A stretch of 63,011 nucleotides of DNA, the filler included, from Porpidia crustulata (Eukaryota), in the NCBI GenBank assembly GCA_964255105.1. It is 10 parts of 10 records of this genome, joined end to end, with 100 filler letters (N's around TTAATTAATTAA, not from the genome) between each part and the next. Parts side by side here need not be neighbours in the genome. Positions count along the whole stretch, not along the records: positions 50,563 to 56,740 come from CAXUWE010001611.1; positions 56,841 to 63,011 come from CAXUWE010001612.1; 8 more parts are not named here. One strand, given 5' to 3'. The notes under the pieces were generated by a model. The model was not told where the DNA came from. It was given only the letters and a program-made list of their open reading frames with translations, and did no database searches. Of the stretch, positions 52,249-63,011 are shown in pieces. Numbering within the stretch: position 1 is the first letter of the stretch; each line of letters opens with the position of its first letter. The translations under genes were made by a program, and so were the position numbers.

Positions 52249-55200
52249 ATGAAGCTGACAGATGTGCTTATTGATGATGACAACGATTATCTCGACCTCT
52301 GGGCACGGTAAGTTTAGATTTGTTTGGGCACTGCCGACATTCGTTAGACTAGATTTTTAAATTGACGATTGAGGACAGGCCACACAATACCCGCCTCCTC
52401 TCTGATGACCTTGATGCTAATGGCAATGCTGTGGTTGCTCTATGTAGCATCTGTAAATCCAAGGCCAGTAATGTGAAGTGCGTGCATGGCCAAAGTACTT
52501 TGGCACCCGCCAAAAGATCAAGGAAGAGAAAACGTACAATACCTTACGTACAAAACGATGATGACAGTGATGCCGTGGATATCGATATGGAGGCTCGGGG
52601 GATTAATCTGGCCGAAAAATCTAGCAAGATGCAAGCGCCAACGCGATTCGGTGGTCTCAGAGTACCTGACTTTATTTATCCAAAGTCGGCTTACGAGGGT
52701 CACACCACCAGTCTGCCCACCACCTCGGAAAGGGACGTGCTGCGTAGCTTTCTAGTGAGCTGCCCGTACAGCCTGTGCCACAGCACTGGAAGGCTGATTT
52801 CATGTTTAGGCTTCCATTGAGCTTGATGATCCAGCTACCCATATTGAAGAAGACTTCATATCATTCGACTTAGAAAATTTCTGCGTCTACAGGCCATCTA
52901 TGAGCAGAAACTTTTACGGAACCAATAAGACCCCCGAAGAAAGATCCAACTCTGGAGAGATGGTTCAACTTCACGAAATCGCGAACCGTAATAGTAGTGG
53001 CATCTTCTATTTTGATGGAGTGTTATGCTGTCGTGAGAGTAAACGATATGTGCAGAGAGTACCTTTTACAATATTGTCTATCGGAGGCTATGAAGATGCC
53101 AGCATTCATACAGTCAACCAGAGCATCTGGATTCAATCCACGCTCGGAGAGAAATGTGGTGTATGGTACTGTCCGAAAACTCCCGCTGTTGAATATCGAA
53201 GATTTTATGAGCCCTTCTTATGGATTGCCGATTTCGCCAAGCATCTTGTTGATTATATGCACGATCATCGTCGCACGTCTCTCATACATCTCAGACAGCG
53301 ATTATGTCAATGGTTATTGAGCAAACATGGAAACGATGCGTCGTTCCAGAAGTGGTTCGATCAGAAGAAGAATGAAGATTTCCGTGGCATTGCAACAGCA
53401 CACGTTTCATTTCTGATGAATCAGGCGGTTCAACTCGACCCTCTGTACTCAATACATCCTTTGTGGAACGAAATACATCCAGGGCAATTGAATGCCGTCC
53501 CTCGACAAATAGAATTCTGTCAAGAAGTACGTGGGCTGCCTCAACAAAAGACCGTCGTTACCCCCTACGCGTATAAGATGTTTAAACATCTACCTATAGC
53601 CAGATGCTTCGACGTTGTTCATCCTCAAGTACACGTGACCGCTCGAGATTTCAACGATGGCAATACTCGTATAACCGGTTTCAGGGAAATTGGTGAAGAG
53701 CACGATGTATGTATCGGAGATGTAGTCGCTGTGAAAAGTGACATATTCACCGCGTGGCGAGAAAAGAACGAGCTGTGGTATGGCTACGTACAGAGCATCA
53801 AGCATACCAAAGCGGGTCAGAAGCTAGATCTGATCTGGCTCTATCGTTCAACTGATACTCCCTGTCAAGACATGAAGTATCCGCACAAAAGAGAGCTTTT
53901 TTTGAGCGATCATTGCAATTGTGGAGACAGTCCTATTTACACACATGAAGTTGTGTCAAATCCTCAAGTGGCATTCTTCGCCGGTCCCGATTTTGATAAA
54001 GCAGATTTCTTTGTTCGTCAGAAGTACTCGGGAAGCAACTCGACCTGGGAGACTTTGAAAGAATCGGACTTCAGCTGTGATTGCGGTGTCAAAAATCTGG
54101 GCCGTGATTATCGGATCGGAGACACTTTGCTTGTAGCTCGACCACTTCAGTCGTCCAAACGAGCTTTGGAACCTGTTGTACTAGTAGAAAAAGCTCCACG
54201 CGGTTTAACGAAGCTGATTAGAGTTAGACTGCTTAAACGCTTGGGCAGGGACGTTCAAAATAGTGGAGATATTCTGATAGAACCTAATGAGTTGCTGTTC
54301 ACGAGCATACTAGAAGAAATCCCAGTCACCGACATTCACCGTCCCTGCCATATTCGGTTTTACAGTAAGGAAGAGAAGGATCAAGGACGCATACCAGCTC
54401 CATACTGCAGGCAGGGCACAGCAGACTGTTTTTTTATCACACATCAGCTTTCTTCGGATCAGGAACATCCAGAGCCGCTTACGAGACCCTGGCCCTTACA
54501 ATTCAATGAAGGGTGGGATCCATTGAGAGCGGAATGCCAGCCAAAGCTGCGTGGGCTGGACATTTTCTGTGGTGGCGGAAATCTGGGACGTGGTTTGGAG
54601 GAAGGTGGCGCAGTTGAATTCGAACATGCTGTCGATAATTCTAAAGAAGCTATACACACGTACAACGCCAATCTCAAAGAAGATAGTAAAACGAAGCTCA
54701 TTTACGGATCAGTCAACGATTTCCTACGTCGAGCGATGGCAGGGCAAGGAGGGAAGCTAGTAGCGCAAGCAGGCGAGGTAGAAGTCATCTCTGCGGGAAG
54801 CCCCTGCCAAGGCTTTTCACTCGCGAATCAAAGAAGAGGCAGCGATCAAAGCCTTGTGAACATATCGATGGTAGCTTCTGTCGTGTCTTATCTTGACTTT
54901 TATCGTCCCAAATACGCTTTCCTGGAGAACGTTCTTGGTATGGCCAAGTGCGGAGTCAATAAGAAAGAAAATATTTTTGCACAGGTACTTTGTGCTCTCG
55001 TGGGGATGGGATATCAGGTTCGAGCTAGTGTTCTTGATGCCTGGAACTTTGGAAGCCCTCAAAGCCGGACAAGGCTCTTTATTAGTATTACAGCCCCAGG
55101 CCTCACACCACTATCAGATCCACCTCAATCACACTCTCATCCGGAAGGTATACCCGCTCGCTCTTTAGGCAAGACAGCAAATGGGCTGCCCCTGGGTTCA

Positions 55201-56169
55201 AGATATTGGGATATCACTCCGTTTGAGTATGTGACTATTGGAGAGGCTACGAAAGATCTACCAGCCTATGATGGCAAAACGGACTCTATTTTGTTTCCCG
55301 ATCATCGTCCAGTAAGACAAGTCTCGAGCCTGAATCATGTAAGGATCTCCTGTATCCCACGCTTTCCGAGAGAAATGAGCTTCGTGAAGGCTGCGAGGCG
55401 AGGTTTAATGCCACCTCCGCAATTGAAAGCTCTTCTCTCGGTAAACAAGATCAGGACTAGCATGACATCAAGGGCATGGCAACGTGTCAATCCTGACGCG
55501 TTACTACCGACAGTAAAGACAGGCGTTTCGCCTGAAGACGGTATTGCCGGGTCCTGTGTGCACTGGAATAACGACCGACTTATCACCCTAATGGAAGTTC
55601 GTCGGGCTCAAAACTTCCCGGATGAAGAAGTCATCGTTGGTACTCTGGCTAAGCAATGGAAGATAGTTGGCAACAGCGTTGCTCGCCCAGTCGCTGTTGT
55701 CCTTGGCATGTCTTTGAGAGCTGCGTGGTTGGCAAACGGCCTCCCTTCCGCCATCAGTCAAAAGCATGATCAAGATCGGTTTGCAAGATCTCCTTCACCA
55801 TCACTAAACATCTCGGGCGAACGCTCCACTTTGACTCTTTCCGAATCAGCTCAGGACAAGCGGATCTTTGAGAGCGCAACTCCTTCGTGTTCTACCGACT
55901 TCAATGAAATCGTCAAGTTATCATCCGACAGTGAACGCCCCGTTTGTGTACGTTCAGACATGTTCCAGACACAGCGAAAGCTTCAAACCCCCATCACCAG
56001 ATCGCCAACGGCCCCACATGAGACAATTGTGATTTCCTCTGACTCTGAGTCCGATGCGTCAAAGTACCTGAGTACGACTATCCGCACAAGTACCACCACC
56101 ACCGGCCAGACGACGTCGTCGGAGACACTTATTACCAAGACCACAGCTTCTCGCAAATTCAAGCCTTGA
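52249..56169 (+). CDS. dim-2: DIM-2-type DNA (cytosine-5) methyltransferase with BAH domains
   Basis: Exons 52249-52307, 52379-52754 and 52810-56169 join in frame. ELFLSDHCNC and EPNELLFT BAH regions; C5-MTase motifs DIFCGGG, AGSPCQGFS, FLENV, QSRTR, RRAQNFPD and VGNSV. Confidence 0.92.
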
Positions 56170-57453
56170 GACCTAATACTCGCGAGAACACATTGATGGA
56201 TAAACCTAACCCACATCGTCACATGATGACGGAACGATACCCATGACATTACGTACACGAATCAACTAATTCCTACGATTTTCACGAGAATACAAATCCG
56301 CCGTTCCCACCTAAACGAAACATCATACCGCCGTTCACACCTTACGCATAAATGACTAGAAAGAATAAACGCATTGGAGTGCGCCGAGAAAGTCCGATCA
56401 TTAGATGTATTATTGGAAAGCCAGTAGACGTTCAGACGTTCGGTTGGATTAAGGACTAGCGGTGTACAATATCTCACGAGGCATTGTGTTATCTTGAGGG
56501 AAAATTTAAGATGTAAAACAGATTTCATCGGTTATTGTTACAGATAGATCGAATGGGAGTTTGGGCAAGGAATTATCTTCGCCCTTGTTGGCGTGTCGTG
56601 GAGATGATATTTCGGATTACGTTAAAACGGCTTGACGCTGAAGTGATAGGTGCCGTTCGAGTGTACTTCCCAACTCGAGTGAGCCAAGAATGAGATTTCG
56701 GTACTTGGATGTCATACACCTATATACACCAATATACACCNNNNNNNNNNNNNNNNNNNNNNNNNNNNNNNNNNNNNNNNNNNNTTAATTAATTAANNNN
56801 NNNNNNNNNNNNNNNNNNNNNNNNNNNNNNNNNNNNNNNNCCCTTATATGTGTCGCCCCCCTTCGGACGCATTATTTCCCCTCTACAGTCAACGCGAACG
56901 CGCAGTCTGTGAAATCTTGCGGACACGAATCAGAGCTTAACGGCGTCTTGAACTGCTTGAATAAGCTCAAATCACGGAGCCTATGCAGCTCTGACATAGG
57001 AGACATGTCTGGCATAGAAGACTCGCTCGTGTACATTCTCTGGCATTAGAGTCAGCTTCTCATCATGGCTTGATCGATCCGCCCGTATTTGGGCTGCGAA
57101 GCTGTGATTGGCCTATTATTTCCTGCCGGGAGCGTGCCCCATCGCTATGGGATCAACTGCTATTCCTTCATGCATCCTGCGTGCGTTCTCCTGCCCTCTA
57201 AACTCAACCTCTCATTCTAATAAGGTGTGATCTAAGGTACAGCGCGATTCTTCCACAGGGTCTCTCAGCCCCGTCACAGGTCTGTTTTGTAGGCGTCGAA
57301 GGAGATAGGGCTGACGATTGCCACTTATTTACAGAGGCGTAAAGTGGATGAAGGAGTCTCGATGACTTCGGCTGACTTCCATGTTGTCCACTTATACACA
57401 TTGAATGCTTTACTATCTTCGTTCCTCCTGTATATACAGCAACCAAGTCTATC

Positions 57454-58692
57454 ATGGCGCAACAGGGTGCCCCCACGCCGAGACATACCCTCAGCGATGG
57501 CGGAATGACTGCCATCATTAATTCAACCGTCTTCTCATTCCTCGCAACAATCCTGATGGGCCTACGCTTCTACGTGCGACGAGTCAAAACAAGGGGAATT
57601 CTCGTGGATGACTGGTTAATTCTTGCCGCGCTGGTATGTCCGTCGTGAACGGTCGGGAACCCTGATTGGTGCTGGAGATTTTGGATTGACTTGCCGCTAG
57701 ATGCTGCAATGGAGTTATGTGGTTGTCGTCTTTCTATGTAGGGAGTCCAAGGAATGCTCAAGGTCGCGCACGGCAGGCTGACTTGGTGCGCAGTGGCATT
57801 TGACGGCGGCCTTGGCTGGCCGTCCGATCAGCTCACCCCCGACACCCTGGTGCGATCGAGCAAGGTACGTGCACAAGGGCCACAGGTGTTCAACAGGAGA
57901 AAAGCGCAACGGACTGATATACGTTTCCACCAGTACTCGCTTGCTGGTCAGACGAATTGGCCAATTGCGAACGCCCTTGTCAAGGTCAGCATATGTTTGA
58001 CCTTCATACGAATATTCATCACCAAACCCTTTCGTATTGCAACGACGACCGTGTACATCCTTTCCATCGCCTGGTCCATAGCGACCATCTTGGTCGGCTG
58101 GGTCATCTGCACCCCACTTTCCGAATTGTGGACAAAGGCGCCTGGGGGACATTGCGGGAACACAACAGCAGCATATATATCACTCGGGGTGTTCGACGTG
58201 TTGCTCGACATAGCGGTATTTTCGCTGCCCCTACCGATGCTCTACAAGCTACAAGTTGCGAAACACGCCAAGGTCGCATTGACGGCCACATTCGGTTTGG
58301 GACTCTTCACGATTATCGCGGGAGTCATGAGACTAGTAGCCGTCGTTCAGATAAACTATCTAATTAATTTCAACGAAGCTGAAGTGGGCGACGCATATTG
58401 GTGCGCCATTGAGTCGTCCGTGGGGATCATTGTGGCCTGTGCGTTGACACTACGCCCTTTGCTGGACCAACTGCTCGTCCTCCTGAAACGCTCCTTCGGC
58501 CAGCTTCACATCACCAACACTAGCCGTCGGACAGGAGGCCGTAAGCTTCCGAGCACGGACTTAGAGACGAATGACAATGCGTCGTTCGTAAGGCTACACG
58601 ATGATCATCAGGATCTACCTCTCGAGGGACTACATATTCCACAGAAGGCTTTTGGAGACCACACCAAAAGAGCCTCTTTTGAACATGTATGA
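57454..58692 (+). CDS. Pth11/SAT4-like rhodopsin-domain integral membrane protein
   Basis: LRFYVRR...DDWLILAAL, KVSICLTFIRIF, CTPLSELW...CG, DIAVFSLPLPML, WCAIESSVGIIVAC; three introns. Confidence 0.88.
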
Positions 58693-58905
58693 TATGCGAA
58701 CGCTTGAAACGCGGGGTGAGGTAGTGGATGGGAACCTCAAGTCTATAGCCTTGATCATGATTGACGAGGTACAATAGAAATAGCAACAGTACCGCGCAGA
58801 GAAATCAAATCTTGTTGGCGAGCTAGCTGGGTAGTAGTCCGTGATCTAAAGTCCATCTGGCCATCTTCAACTCCTCGCGAAGCCACAATCAAAGGCCGCT
58901 TGCAA

Positions 58906-60603
58906 TCATCCCAACCAAATCTGGAGACCACAGCTCATATCTTCGCAGCCTATGCCATAACGCTGTGTCTTTAGACTAGAGGGCGCAGAATTAGCACGCA
59001 TACATGAATATGCGAGATTGGAAAGAGCCAATTGTCCCCTCGGCAAAGGTCATCCATACCTCCAGACCAAGTTTCCCGAACAGTAGAACCTGCACCCTAT
59101 CACAAAATCTTGTAGCTGTTGATTTTCATCGAGTTCGGAGGTACCCGGGTTGGCCAGCAGATGCTCGGCAACCTCGTCGAATCTCGCAACATGTTGGATC
59201 AAGACATCCGTTGTCTGATCGACCGCTGCTTGAGCACTACCGAGTCGAGTGTACAATAAAGGCACCAGGCTTTGAATGTTGCTTCGAAGCTTGAAGAAGA
59301 TTGCGCAAAAGTCTTAGCACCGGAGATTCTACGTGGAGATCTGCCAAGGGCGATCGACAGCTAGCTTACGATTTCTTTCTTCAGGGACAGTATGTCGTTG
59401 ACGCTATCCAGAAACAGCCGCATTAGCATCTGTTCTCTGTAGAAACGTTTTTGCGGACCCTATCCAACACTCACACTGAGATGATGGTGTTTGTGTGGTT
59501 CCAAAGTAATTTCATGTTCGGATCCTCCATGATCGAAAGTGGGAGCCGCATATCACCCCACGCAAACCTATGCGACCCGTCAGCTGCAACTTTCAGGTTC
59601 CATTCAATGCGGAGCGTCGACTTCGAGGGGCAACGGACTCATTGACGGCCAAGGTTACGGTCACGGCGCTGCTCCCCAGGCGATAATCCCAATACTCCTC
59701 CACCGAGGGAATAGCTCCGTTCATACGCCAACGCTGCTCCCGCTCGGTCATGTCCATGAACGTTCCCATTTCGTATGATATTCGTTCTCGCTGCTCTGAG
59801 AACGCAACATCAACAGATTGTTCGGCTTTTCCAAATTTTGAAAAGCAGATTGCTGGTTTCGCCTCTGAGCTTCACTCACCTATATGGTATACATCGCGTA
59901 TAGCCTTCCCAATCATGTCGAAGTTACGGATGATTATGGACGAAGGCTTTGTACCTTTCCAATGTTCCCCACTCGGAAGCCCAAGGCAAAGACGTACGTA
60001 CAGAAAAGTTTCGGCACGATATGCTTGTGCGCGCTCGAAATCATCCCAGAGCGACCCGTCATCCATGTCAAGCTCTTTATGACGGATAAGCTTCCATGGC
60101 AGCAATGCACAGAACAGACCTCCTCTAGACGAGTGGACTTACCATCATCCCAAGTAAATAACTGAAATACGGTTCGAATCTCAGCTTCTTCACTCACTCC
60201 AAAAGTTACAAGATACGGACCCAAATCACAAGAAAAGTAACGATCCTCAAGCGTTCAAGACTCGCACGTGGCCACCATGTCGCGCCAAAGAATCCAAAAT
60301 CGGCTGCCTTGAATGACTTCAGCAATCGGCTATGGGCCATGGAACTGAGAATACGAGTCACAGTCTATAAGGCATCGTCCTCTTCCATGTGTAGAGTGGG
60401 CCGCACCTTTCAAGCCAAACGTCCACATCCCGGCGTAGTTGATCGAGGTTAGGGTTAATTTCTTTGGGCCAGTTGTCGAATATCCTATTCAAATCACCTA
60501 GGACAACCTTCTCGCCCCGTAAAGAGTCTAAAACGACGCTTGGTTCTTGCAGAGTTGTCTCTACAGTCATCCGGACATAGGGGCCGGAATCACCGTCTGC
60601 CAT
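58906..60603 (-). CDS. Class I terpene synthase (sesquiterpene-cyclase-like), multi-exon
   Basis: WLFTWDD|ELD aspartate-rich motif, EEYWDYRLGSGAV effector Arg, NDILSLKKE NSE/DTE motif, and GNLVWS|LKTQRY with the RY dyad. Confidence 0.9.
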
Positions 60604-61080
60604 TGTCGTGCTGCAACTTTGGCAACTTTTGCGAATCGGGAAACTCACCCTTCCTCTAAAGAATAATAAGCTGTCTTTGAATCTAGTATTATCGCGCCCT
60701 TATACAAGGACTCCGTACTCGGTATCAAGGCAGCTGTTTATGCCTTACAATTATTGGTCGTAAAACCCAGGCGCCAATGAAAGGACCTACTGGACGCATA
60801 AGCTCCCTTGGACTCCATGAAGCGGTGTATGAGAGTTCGGAGCTGTGTCCCGATCTGTCTGTCTGTGCTCATCCCACCCCTCCAGGGAGTTTTTGCGAGC
60901 AACAGAAGACGTTCTTATTAAGCGTAGTACATCACCTGGACCCCTCTGCGCATGACCTGCATCGTGGTGTCATCGCACAGAAACTCCAGACGAAGAGTTG
61001 GAAAACGGGGATGAAAACCCCTCAATAAACCTCGACAAGCCAAATTTTAGACTCCTTCGAGAAAGCAATTCGTGGTCAAC

Positions 61081-62806
61081 ATGTGGATCGTTCTGCTCTA
61101 CTTTTCTAGAGCGGCCCTCGTCTACGGGATTGGGCTTGTGATTTATCGTTTAACAGTCCACCCATTGGCCCGTTTCCCGGGCCCCAAACTTACCGCAGCG
61201 ACGAAATGGTGGGAATTCTATTTAGACGTAGTTAAAGGCGAGGGGGGTGGCTTTATGCACGAGGTTGATCGAATGCATGAGGAATATGGTATTGATCACT
61301 TTCCCAGTTCATCATCCTTCCCAAAGTACTGATACCTCGAACTAAATACTTGCAGGTCCAATTGTCCGTATTAATCCACACGAGATACACATCTCAGACC
61401 CAGCATGGCTGAACAGTCTATACCCAGGTCCAGGGCCTGTTTGCAATCCCGGAAGATCTCCCTTACGTAGCGTTCTCACTGACGAAACAGGAAGATGCGA
61501 GACAAGTACGCCCCTACTGCCCACATGTCCGGAGTTCCAGAAGGAAGTACGCTCATCAATCTGCGACCCAATCTGAGAAACTCACCCTCCTGTATACTGA
61601 CCTACACGTCTGTACACAGCCTTCGGCACGATAGATCATTACATCCACCGCCAACGCCGCTCCGCCGTCAAAGCCTTCGTTTCCAAACGCTCCGTTCGCA
61701 CCGTCCAATCCAACATCCAGCATATCGTCGAGGATCTGTGCACTCGCATGTCCCAGTACGCCAGCACCCAAGAAATCTTTGATGCTAGCCTCCCCTACAT
61801 CGCGTGGTCTACCGACTCTGTGTCGAATTTTCTAGAGGACAAGCCGTACGGATTGCTCAAAAACGAGCAGAAAGCCAAAGATTGGAAGGCGACTATCAAG
61901 ACGGTCGTTGAGCTAACGCCGGTTGTGAAGCAGATCCCGTTGGTGATGCCGTTGATGTTGAGAGTACCGGGGTTGGTGATGTGGTGGGTGAGCCCGGAAC
62001 TGAACCGGGTGCTTACAATGCACAAGGTACGCCCTTCTCTTCCCTCTCCCCCATTCTCACAAAAGCACGACCTTGATTTCCAATCCTCTTCAGAATTGTG
62101 TAAATAAATCAACCGCAGGCGAAGGCCGCAATAACGAAAGCTATGGCTCTACAAATAATTTTGGAAACTGACTGTACGCAACCGAATTGCAGGGCATGAA
62201 ATCCTCCGCCACCCACGCATACATTGCCTACCGAAAGGCCCAAAAGCCAGAGCAACAAGTAAAAACAACAACAACAGCCCCACACCAGACCAACGCCTAC
62301 CAGGCCATCTTGAACAGCTCTCTTCCCGAGCCAGAGAAAGAGCCAGCTCGTCTCGCGCAGGAAATTTTGACATTGCTTGTCGGTGGGTCGGCGACGAGCT
62401 CGAGGGTCATGACTAGAATCACGTATCACCTCACTTCGGAACCGGCCATGCTTGCCCGATTACGTGATGAATTGATTACGGTCATGCCGGACTCAAATAC
62501 GACGCCGCCGTTGGAACAACTGGAGAAAATGCCCTATTTGGTAGGTTTTTTTTTTTTTAAAAATCGTTTCTACCTTTTCCTCTTGCTCTTCCAGCAGCTT
62601 TGAGTAGATAGGCAGATTTGTAATTTCGTTTCATTTCCCTTCCCTTTATCCGAGCTGTGCGCTTTTTACTGAAGGCTAAATCGTGGGGGATACAGACTGC
62701 CATTATCAAGGAAGCGCTGCGGATCTCGACGGCGGTGCGATCGAGGATGCCACTGATTTCGCCGGATAAGCCGCTAGTGTACAAAGACTGGGTCATTCCC
62801 GCCGGT
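61081..62806 (+). CDS. Cytochrome P450 monooxygenase (trichodiene-oxygenase-like), 3'-truncated before the heme Cys
   Basis: TM anchor, [25 protein letters not shown]-helix [25 protein letters not shown] (ExxR) and WVIPAG. Divergent from the terpene synthase. Confidence 0.92.
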
Positions 62807-63011
62807 GTAAGCAAGCGGTCTTTCCTTCACCTCCTCCTTTTCCCTACCCAGATTCCCAATATACCTCTCCTACCCACCACTAGCAAAGCAAGAAGAGGAA
62901 GAAAAAACGATAAACCACCCTCAACCCCGGCCCCCGCCAAACCTCCGTCCTCGAAAAGTAAAAAACAAAACCCCAAGCCAACCGCAACTAATGACGCAGA
63001 TCCCCATATCC

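Noticed and set aside
6233..56840. Regularly spaced TTAATTAATTAA repeats every ~6.3 kb as a biological repeat array
   Set aside because: Each is flanked by exactly 44 Ns per side, has stops in all six frames, and separates size-sorted contigs. It is an assembly linker.
44273..63011. One large cluster uniting the monooxygenase, NlpC/P60, DIM-2 and terpene genes
   Set aside because: They lie on three different contigs joined artificially.

Overview
Fungal genomic DNA from an intron-containing filamentous ascomycete (Pezizomycotina; possibly lichen-forming, which is inference only). The window is not one locus. It is ten unrelated contigs of steadily decreasing length (6232, 6230, 6229, 6226, 6226, 6221, 6208, 6190, 6178, 6171 bp) joined by an artificial 100-nt linker (44 N + TTAATTAATTAA + 44 N), so adjacency is meaningful only within a contig. 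Housekeeping genes: PUP1, NUP159, BUD32, GCLM, APS1, MAF1, RPL18, PRO2, CSN3, ISU1, STU2/alpA, nudF/LIS1 and SDA1. Accessory genes: a helical-domain/NACHT/ankyrin NLR, an F-box protein, two Pth11-like membrane proteins, an MBOAT acyltransferase with a premature stop, a phenol-monooxygenase-like enzyme, a frameshifted SRPK-like kinase, a secreted Cys-rich NlpC/P60 peptidase, a DIM-2 DNA methyltransferase, and a divergent terpene synthase/P450 pair. Best non-coding observation: PRO2 intron 1 carries a ~157-nt multibranch RNA structure between the branch point and the 3' splice site, and it appears to have to fold for correct splicing. Also notable are a 184-bp TA-flanked MITE with RIP-like changes and a candidate non-canonical ATAAGT splice donor in ISU1.
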